From: Macrostomum lignano
Taxonomy: Eukaryota
Length of the DNA: 64,000 nt
NCBI GenBank assembly: GCA_002269645.1
Contig: NIVC01001842.1
Span: 124,001-188,000 of the forward strand
Direction: 5' to 3'
The notes under the pieces were generated by a model. That model was not told the origin of the DNA. It worked only from the letters and a program-made list of their open reading frames with translations, and did no database searches. A program made the translations under genes and the position numbers. Below, piece by piece: positions 24,401 through 31,370 of the stretch; position 1 is the first letter of the stretch; every line of letters starts with the position of its first letter.

Positions 24401-27400
24401 CAGTCACCACACTGAAGGCTCTCACAAGCTGCCACCACACTGAAGGCTCTCACAAGCTGCCACCAGTCACCACACTGAAGGCTCTCACAAGCTGCCACCA
24501 GTCACCACACTGAAGGCTCTCACAAGCTGCCACCACACTGAAGGCTCTCACAAGCTGCCACCACACTGAAGGCTCTCACAAGCTGCCACCAGTCACCACA
24601 CTGAAGGCTCTCACAAGCTGCCACCAGTCACCACACTGAAGGCTCTCACAAGCTGCCACCACACTGAAGGCTCTCACAAGCTGCCACCACACTGAAGGCT
24701 CTCACAAGCTGCCACCACACTGAAGGCTCTCACAAGCTGCCACCAGTCACCACACTGAAGGCTCTCACAAGCTGCCACCAGTCACCACACTGAAGGCTCT
24801 CACAAGCTGCCACCAGTCACCACACTGAAGGCTCTCACAAGCTGCCACCAGTCACCACACTGAAGGCTCTCACAAGCTGCCACCACACTGAAGGCTCTCA
24901 CAAGCTGCCACCACACTGAAGGCTCTCACAAGCTGCCACCACACTGAAGGCTCTCACAAGCTGCCACCACACTGAAGGCTCTCACAAGCTGCCACCACAC
25001 TGAAGGCTCTCACAAGCTGCCACCACACTGAAGGCTCTCACAAGCTGCCACCACACTGAAGGCTCTCACAAGCTGCCACCAGTCACCACACTGAAGGCTC
25101 TCACAAGCTGCCACCACACTGAAGGCTCTCACAAGCTGCCACCACACTGAAGGCTCTCACAAGCTGCCACCACACTGAAGGCTCTCACAAGCTGCCACCA
25201 CACTGAAGGCTCTCACAAGCTGCCACCACACTGAAGGCTCTCACAAGCTGCCACCTTCCGCAGGTCAGTCAGCGGCAGTCCTCGCGGCTGTCGGCACCTT
25301 CTGTCGTTCTCCGAGAAATTCATCGCTAGGATGCGGTCAGTGATGGAGCGCCCAGCCTCCCCCAGCGCCCTGGCAGCGCGGTTCCAGCTGATGCACTGCC
25401 GGTGCGTGACGTAGGGCCGGAAGTGGCTCAGGTTCAGGGGCTGCGTGGGTTCCAGAGGCTCAAAGAGGATGCCATCTGAGTACACGGGGACTGCGGACTG
25501 GTTGCCTGAGTACTCCTCCCCTGAGTGAGTCGTGCGGCAGCGGCTCGGGTCCGCTGAAACGGTTTGGGGTCAGCTGGGGTCAGCAGGTGATGAGTCACTA
25601 CAGCAGACACTAACCAGTAGCACAGACACTCACCGGTAGCACACAGACACTCACTGGTAGCACGCAGACACTCACCGGTAGCACACAGACACTCACTGGT
25701 AGCACACAGACACTCACCGGTAGCACACAGACACTCACTGGTAGCACACAGACACTCACCGGTAGCACACAGACACTCACCGGTAGCACACAGACACTCA
25801 CTGGTAGCACACAGACACTCACCGGTAGCACACAGACACTCACCGGTAGCACACAGACACTCACTGGTAGCACACAGACACTCACCGGTAGCACACAGAC
25901 ACTCACCGGTAGCACACAGACACTCACTGGTAGCACACAGACACTCACTGGTAGCACAGAGACGCACATTTAGTTCAACTGCAAGCCATGTTCACACAGT
26001 TTTCTATTGATTGAAATGTGAAGAAGCAAGCCATGTTCACACAGTTTTCTATTGATTGAAATGTGAAGAAGCAAGCCATGTTCACACAGTTTTCTATTGA
26101 TTGAAATGTGAAGAAGCAAGCCATGTTCACACAGTTTTCTATTGATTGCAATGTGAAGCAGCAAGCCATGTTCACACAGTTTTCTATTGATTGAAATGTG
26201 AAGAAGCAAGCCATGTTCACACAGTTTTCTATTGATTGAAATGTGAAGAAGCAAGCCATGTTCACACAGTTTTCTATTGATTGCAATGTGAAGAAGCAAG
26301 CCATGTTCACACAGTTTTCTATTGATTGCAATGTGAAGAAGCAAGCCATGTTCACACAGTTTTCTATTGATTGCAATGTGAAGAAGCAAGCCATGTTCAC
26401 ACAGTTTTCTATCGGTTGCAATGTGAATAAGCAAGCCATGTTCACACAGTTTTCTATTGATTGCAATGTGAAGAAGCAAGCCATGTTCATACAATTTTCT
26501 ATGGATTGCAATGTGAAGCAGCTTTCTTGCTTGCACAAAATAAAAAAACTGAAAGCAAAAAAGCGATTTCAACAAGATCTTAACTTGATGCTTATCAAAA
26601 AATTAATTTGCATCGTCGACTTTCTATTTTGATTCAAATTGGATAGGCCTGTGAAGATTGCAGGGTATAGATTGATAGAATCAATTAAAAAACTGTTTGA
26701 TTTCTCGTATAGCATGGCAGACTGACTTCAAAAACTACTAAGAAGCCCTAAACATGAAGTAGCGAAGTAGCTGTTTAAAATAAAGTGCTGAAAAAAGGAA
26801 AAGGAATGCAGTATTTTCTAAACAATAGAAGTGATAAATAAGGACAGAGCGAAAACGTGATAAAACACAAGATATTCATAATATCAGTAGTTTTTATAGA
26901 TTTTGTAAGCTTTCAAGATGAACCAGTATTTAGTTTAAAGAAATCAAATTTTAACTTTTGCCCAGATACAAAATCTTGAAAAAAACCGTTAAAATAACTT
27001 TAAAACACACTAGTTTGGTTTGAGCTCAAAAAGATTTGATTTAATTGACACTTGAATTTTAATTTCAAACTTAACAACTGCGTACTTTTTATTCACGTAA
27101 TTTGTGTCTTTTTATTAAATACACCCCTGCCCCAATTGGGCCAGATGTGCAACCGACAGCTCAGCCGCAGCTATTGCGCGGCGCATCTGAAGGCTGCGTA
27201 CGGCTGTTCAGTCCAAGGACTGGGGGGGGGGGCGCCACACACACCTTCAATTACCCCAGCTAATGCTGGCACCCATTTTACAGCTGGGTGAACTGAAGCA
27301 ATGCAGAGTTTTTAAGTGTCTTGCTGAAGGACAAATTTTTCCAGTGGGATCAGGAATCGAACCCCCAACCTTTTAGTCGTGAGTCCGACGCTCCAACCAC

Positions 27401-30400
27401 TAGGCAAAACCCAAAAAGTTTGTAACGTAAGTAAGTAAGCTAAATTTATTCATAGTACATCAAGTAACTGTAATAACTGTATAATATTTACCGTAACTAA
27501 ATTAAAGCTCATATTGTTCCATTTCAGTCTAAGAACTCCGACTCTCGCTCTTCACAGTCTTAATATATTGTAGCTTACAGGCTACATGAGGTTATTCAAA
27601 TAAGCAGAATTCTGATTGACGATAGAACATTGCCAGCGTACATCCAACGAATATAGGGATTGTAAGAAGAGAAGGCACCTCCGGTGGGAAGACAACTCTG
27701 ACAGTTATTGAACCACCATCCGCCATTGCCATAGTTAGATACACACGATCCAGGGCTCTGATCGTTGTCCATAGTGGCAAACTTCATGCCTTTGTGAAAG
27801 TTCAGCGAGTCGCCGGTCCCGTTGGAGCTGGCTGTCAGCTGTGAAAGGAACGTCATGGTGTAGCTCGTGCTGGCATCGCCAACGGAGAATCCGGAGTATT
27901 CGTCAACGTAGGAAACGCCTCTAGTGGACACGGTCTCCACTCTCAGCTTTCTGGGAGTGCTGCCGGTCAGTTCGTTGATCTTTCTTAGACCTGAAATAAA
28001 TTCGGCATTCCAGATAGAACAACTACCAGAGCGGTGTGCGAGGATCTATGATCTCTTTCTACCGAGCCCTGTCACAACAGAACGAACTGGAGTGCTTTAT
28101 TCATAGGCGAGTTCCGTAGCCCAGTGGTCTGGCGTGGCGCTCTGGTGTGCCAGCGGCCCCCCAGGCTCGATTCCAAGTGCAGTCAATTTAATTTTGGGGC
28201 TGAATTGAAATCTCGGCTTGGCTCTGCTCGTGCAATTAACGGCCTTGAGAGCCAACCCCCAAGGTTAGGACCGCTGTACACTCCTGTGTGAGTGTGTGCC
28301 TGTGCGTATGACTGCGTACGTATCCGCGCGCTTGTGTGCCTGCTCAGGGGAGTCGGCGGAAGGGGCAGTAATGCCTCTAGACCGGTTGTGTGACAATGTC
28401 GCCTAAAGTGCGCCATAGCTCGTAGGCTCAACCCTTGACAATCTGTCTGATCAACAGAGCCCAGTCTCACCGAGCCAAACGTCCACTCCGTCTCCAAATC
28501 CGTCTTCGTACTCAATCCAGGTCCGGGCGAAGCTCATAGTTAATTGCGAGCGACTCAGCATAACGTAGTACCCCGGAGTCGGACTGGGCGCTGTAGTAGG
28601 AGTAGTAGTTGTTAATTCCTCTAAAAATCAGTGCCACCAAGCAAGCAATCCCGGGCATTTCTTTACCTTTCACCCTTCGATAGACGATGCTGCGCGGAGC
28701 GGCAGCTGAGAAGTCGGCGTTGCTCGCGGTGGAGAACAGGCACACCTGAGCCTCCTCCAGGTAGGCGGTGGCGGCACACACGGCCAGACCAGCGGCTGAG
28801 CACTGCACAGTGCAGTGAATGTCGCTGCTGCCACGAGCCGATGTTATCGGAGCTGTTGAATTCAGCGACTCCACCAGGTCAGTCGAGTACTCTGTAGTGT
28901 TGCGGCCATGCACTCGGGATTGACAATTGTGACCTGGTACTCCTTGTTCAAAACGAAATAAATGAGATTCGTTTAAATTGGCTTACCTGCATCGTCGAGA
29001 CCGCTGGCTGCTGCGACGCGAATCGCAGCGCAGATGAACAGTAGAATGGCGCGGTACATTTGTCGGAAGGTTCAAGTGAGTTGAGCTTAATTTTCGTTAG
29101 ACAGGGAGCGCTCCTCCCGGATGAGCAGCTCAGCTCTATTTATGCCCAACTGATAAACAGCCCCCCCCCCCCGAAAGCGTGGGAGCCGCCTTCCGACTTG
29201 AGTACCTCCATCTCTTGGCAACGTGTGTCGGAAATACACACACACAAACACACACACACACACAGTCCCCCTTCCCTCCATTACTCAAGATTGGCGGTTG
29301 TTCCCAGCAACTCTGCTGCGTATTGTCTAAAAACTTTTACCCGTAACCACTGGCAGATTAGGGATGCTGAGCTGAGTTGTTGACAAGATGGATGTTGTTT
29401 CTTCTTCCTACTTTCTCTGATGCATCTTATGATGAAGCCTCAACTTAAACTGCTTACTTTGGGGCAAAGCCTCCGCTTGAGCATAGACCTCACTGAATTG
29501 ACTTTACAGAGAAGCCCACAGCAAAAAGCTGCAGAAGTCAGGGAAAAACTGCTCTTGCTAATTGATTTTTACCAGGCCTCAGCGCTTACCCTCTCCGCTC
29601 TCATCTTTTCGGAGATGAGTTTCTTTAGTTAAGTTTTTTTTCAACTTTTGTATGCTCCGCCTCTCTACATAGAGGGCTGCCTATGGATTTTTCTTGGAAT
29701 GAGACAGAATCCTTGGTCTAATCGATGACCGAAGGGATAGAAAGGATTACTCATCAGCAGAGGCTCTATGGCCCAAGTGCATTTTTTAGGATTTTCACTC
29801 ATTTGTTTTTATAGTTCGTACCAGGGGTAAATGACTGCAATCCCGTCCGCTGAGAATGTCTATGGTAAAAACTGCCATGGTTCAATGCTTTCAGTTGGTT
29901 TCACAGCCCGCCGAGAAAGTCTATGGTAGAAACTGGCATGGATCAATCTTTCAGTTGGCTTCACGGTACGCCGAGAATGTCTATGGTAAAACCTGGCATG
30001 GATCAATGCTTTCAGTTCGTTTCACGGTCCGCCGAGAAAGTCTATGGTAGAAACTGGCATGGATCAATCTTTCAGTTGGCTTCACGGTACGCCGAGAATG
30101 TCTATGGTAAAACCTGGCATGGATCAATGCTTTCAGTTGGTCTCACAGCCCGCCAAGCCGGCTCACAGACTCTCACTGTGACTCACAGGCACTCACGGTG
30201 ACACACAAAGACACTCAATGTGACTCACAGACTCTCACTGTGACACACATAGACACTCACTGTGACACACACAGGCACTCACAGTAACACTCACCAGTCC
30301 CAGTGAACTGCAGCGACTCAACCAGCTCATCCTCAGCCGCCATCACAGCCTCCGACAGAGCCTGTGCTGCATCGCTGAAGTGGCCGCTGGATTGATGAGG

Positions 30401-30853
30401 CGGGAAGCTGCTGGAGTCTGAGATGTCAAACTTGAGCAGCGCCTCAATCAGCGAGTTCTTGTACGGCTTGAACCCCGGCCGCTTGTAGGAATGTGAGCTC
30501 AGCTCCGTACCGCTCTCCACCTGCCTGCTCAGCCTGCTCATGGTCACGTGATCAGCTGGGCACAGGTAAATATCGGGGAACTGAAATTGCAGATTAGCGG
30601 TGACTCCGGTTGTCAAGGGAACGCTGAGATAATGAGCTGCCAGGCAGTACATGTGGTAGGCGAATCCGCAGTACGTGAGCAGAAGGAAGCTGAGCCACAT
30701 CATCCTGCCGCAGCGGCTGCTCTGCGACCCCAGGCGGCCCAGGCCGTGAGCAGTCGTGTAGTTGGTGAAGTGCAGCAGTGACTGCCGCAGTTTTGCGCCA
30801 TCAGCTGCTGGCGGCGAGCTTTCGGCTCGACAACTTCTGGGGTCTGTCGACAT
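12257..30853 (-). CDS. DEG/ENaC (amiloride-sensitive channel family) subunit with inserted kringle-like and WSC modules, 7 exons, about 851 aa
   Basis: Exons 30853-30295, 25553-25227, 24067-23717, 16234-15873, 15489-15293, 14057-13448 and 12405-12257 all have GT/AG boundaries and matching phases (1,1,1,0,2,1). Exon 6 needs one extra nt near 13938. Hallmarks appear in order: TTAHG pre-TM1, TM1, FPDIYLC, CRFAGRRCSAADF...GLCHRF, MRVLVVP...LSPG, thumb CLNAF..NCGCLP and CPPPCEVRGY...SPWP, ITEEPAY...DLGGALGLWSGVSVLTVCE (TM2 with G-x-S filter). Confidence 0.85.
12700..12951 (-). mobile_element. tRNA-derived SINE family A, body without head
   Basis: Reverse complement of the copies at about 22201, 28106 and 38926. 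A matching head fragment lies at 13325-13378 on the same strand. Confidence 0.8.
13448..14057 (-). CDS. DEG/ENaC exon 6 (Cys-rich thumb, knuckle, pre-TM2), with a 1-nt frameshift near 13938
   Basis: EDCLNAF..NCGCLP lies in one frame. GCFN...QC...CPPPCEVRGY..SPWP...EEPAYTATNLMADLG lies in the next frame. Donor G|GTGAGT at 13448. Confidence 0.85.
14087..14422. repeat. 12-bp tandem repeat (TGCTGGGATCTG)
   Basis: Direct periodicity in ENaC intron 5, starting about 30 nt from the acceptor. Confidence 0.92.
14798..15220. repeat. 15-bp tandem repeat (TCATCTTTGTCACTC)
   Basis: Direct periodicity in ENaC intron 5. Confidence 0.92.
15293..15489 (-). CDS. DEG/ENaC exon 5 (beta7-beta9)
   Basis: VLVVPRSEYPWPSDIINLSPGQHTDLRLRY...PPHREC. 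Donor AA|GTGAGG (phase 2). Confidence 0.85.
15585..15745. repeat. 23-bp tandem repeat (ACTCTACTAGTCACTCCACCATC)
   Basis: Direct periodicity. The same family recurs at about 18690-18869 and 22011-22177. Confidence 0.88.
15873..16234 (-). CDS. DEG/ENaC exon 4 (end of finger, beta3-beta6 region)
   Basis: GCRFAGRRCSAADFQTLLHPRLGLCHRF motif. Acceptor CCGCAG (phase 1), donor CGC|GTAAGA (phase 0). Confidence 0.88.
16254..18325. repeat. 20-bp satellite (GTCAGTGAATGCATTGGGGT), about 103 copies
   Basis: Exact 20-nt period visible across about 35 lines. Confidence 0.97.
18870..22010. mobile_element. Non-autonomous TIR DNA transposon (~3.14 kb; CCC termini, TA duplication, palindromic subterminal repeats; CMC/EnSpm-like)
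   Basis: 34-bp TIR CCCAGTGGCAAAGCCGA[G/C]CTCGG[T/C]CCGAGCTCGG with 2 mismatches at both ends. It is inserted in a CTAC-TA-GTCA unit of the 23-bp array with TA duplicated. Many CCGA/TCGG subterminal motifs, no transposase ORF. The superfamily call is inference. Confidence 0.8.
20560..21254 (+). mobile_element. Gypsy-type LTR retrotransposon 3' remnant (integrase C-terminal tail, PPT, ~250-bp LTR)
   Basis: Decayed translation RIEMGNTVVARDF...KPAVVT...FDNGREVHRHINQI resembles the GPY/F integrase tail. A purine tract GGAGAGGAG (20996-21004) is followed by TGTGG at 21005, and the LTR ends CTACA at 21254. Confidence 0.65.
22201..22547 (+). mobile_element. tRNA-derived SINE family A, near full length
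   Basis: A-box-like CAGCCCAGTGG and B-box GGCTCGATTCC. The body is shared with three other copies in the window. Confidence 0.85.
22972..23600. repeat. 26/28-bp tandem repeat (TACAGTGGTCCTTGATCCTGTGATAC)
   Basis: Direct periodicity in ENaC intron 3. Confidence 0.93.
23717..24067 (-). CDS. DEG/ENaC exon 3: WSC domain (symmetrical phase 1-1, 351 nt)
   Basis: Acceptor TTTCCAG|AT at 24067, donor AAG|GTGAGT at 23717. DPFHRYRGCF...NCAQCC..FSYIGL..GCHC...HCDSTCPFG..KCGG..YLSVY matches the 8-Cys WSC pattern. Confidence 0.8.
24122..25254. repeat. 28/36-bp tandem repeat identical to the 3' end of ENaC exon 2
   Basis: The minus-strand unit GTGGCAGCTTGTGAGAGCCTTCAGTGTG (with or without a GTGACTG-type insert) fills intron 2. 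Confidence 0.95.
25227..25553 (-). CDS. DEG/ENaC exon 2: kringle-like module (symmetrical phase 1-1, 327 nt)
   Basis: Acceptor TTTCAG preceded by two CTGAC branch-like motifs. Translation RCRTTHSGEEYSGNQS...RQCISWN...ENDRRCRQPRG...AACESLQC follows the kringle pattern (C..G..Y.G, C..W, CRNP.G, terminal C-x4-C) but lacks PWC. An alternative in-phase donor lies at 25245. Confidence 0.65.
25615..25965. repeat. 21-bp tandem repeat (GGTAGCACACAGACACTCACC/T)
   Basis: Direct periodicity giving the CLCATGE repeat ORF. Confidence 0.93.
25981..26520. repeat. 45-bp minisatellite, about 12 copies
   Basis: Unit GCAAGCCATGTTCACACAGTTTTCTATTGATTGAAATGTGAAGAA, giving 15-aa repeat ORFs. Confidence 0.93.
27125..27406 (-). 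mobile_element. tRNA-derived CORE-type SINE (family B)
   Basis: Minus-strand head GCCTAGTGGTTGGAGCGTCGGACTCACGAC...GGTTCGATTCC has A/B boxes. The central CCCATTTTACAGCTGGGTGAACTGAAGC...AAGTGTCTTGCTGAAGGAC resembles the MIR/CORE domain in reverse orientation. Confidence 0.7.
27596..29059 (-). CDS. Secreted PAN/apple + fibrinogen-related (FReD) protein, 4 exons, 294 aa, nested in ENaC intron 1 on the same strand
   Basis: Exons 29059-28987 (signal peptide MYRAILLFICAAIRVAAA), 28933-28667 (PAN-like HCTVQC...CAATAY...CLF), 28620-28471 (Thr linker, GYYVMLSR..FARTWIEYEDGFGDGVDVWLG) and 27990-27596 (LRVE, FSVGDA, GDSL..HKGMKFATMDND, GGWWFNNC). All introns are phase 1 GT-AG, one only 46 nt. Total 885 nt in frame. 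Confidence 0.88.
28106..28416 (+). mobile_element. tRNA-derived SINE family A in intron 3 of the PAN-FReD gene
   Basis: A box TAGCCCAGTGG (28117-28127), B box GGCTCGATTCC (28164-28174), and the shared family body. Confidence 0.85.
29850..30150. repeat. About 60-bp minisatellite with alternating A/B units (121-bp dimer)
   Basis: GAGAATGTCTATGG recurs at about 29852, 29973 and 30094, with a GAGAAAGTCTATGG variant in between. Confidence 0.85.
30295..30853 (-). CDS. DEG/ENaC exon 1 (N-terminus, HG motif, TM1, start of finger)
   Basis: MSTDP...TTAHGLGRL...WLSFLLLTYCGFAYHMY...FPDIYLC. Donor G|GTGAGT at 30295, phase 1. Confidence 0.9.
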
Positions 30854-31370
30854 TGGGATTGCAGATCAGAGCGAACTCAGTTTTCCCCAGAATAATGCAT
30901 ATTTATGTACCCCGAATTCTCATGTGACTTCGACTCCAACCCGAAAACTCGATCAGATCGCTCAGACAAGTTCGATTGAACTGTAGGCGAAATCGCAGTC
31001 AAATTCGCTGCTCCGGGTAAGGCAATTTTGTGTTTTGCCAATGCCACTCGATCGGGCTGTCATCGCAGAGTCACACGTCCGTCTGTCGCGTGGATTTCCG
31101 TTCTAAGCGATTATGCCAGACTTGGGATGCTGCATTCGGCCGATGGCAACTGGCTATTATTTCTGACTGATTGATGCAGCAACTGGTCACAGTGAACAGT
31201 TGGATACGAGTGCCACACATGAAAGATCAGATAGAAATGAAAAGCCATGAAAATGTTTCGTATTAAAAGTGCCAATATTGTTCTGCTAAATGATAGATAC
31301 GAGCGTATAGCAACTTGTTGCTCCTGATTGCGCTGCAATATGGTGTAGTTCATCGTTTTTGAAGGTTCCC

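Noticed and set aside
15873-25553. Idea that the 25.5-kb exon and the 16.2-kb exon are mutually exclusive ENaC beta3-beta6 exons (both phase 1 in, phase 0 out if AAG|GT at 25255 is used)
   Set aside because: The 25.5-kb exon fits the kringle pattern much better, including the terminal C-x4-C, and then chains in phase 1 to the WSC exon. It is kept only as a fallback hypothesis.
28106-28180. tRNA gene at the SINE heads (22201, 28106, 27340-27406)
   Set aside because: A/B boxes are present, but no complete cloverleaf could be drawn and each head continues into a repeated SINE body.
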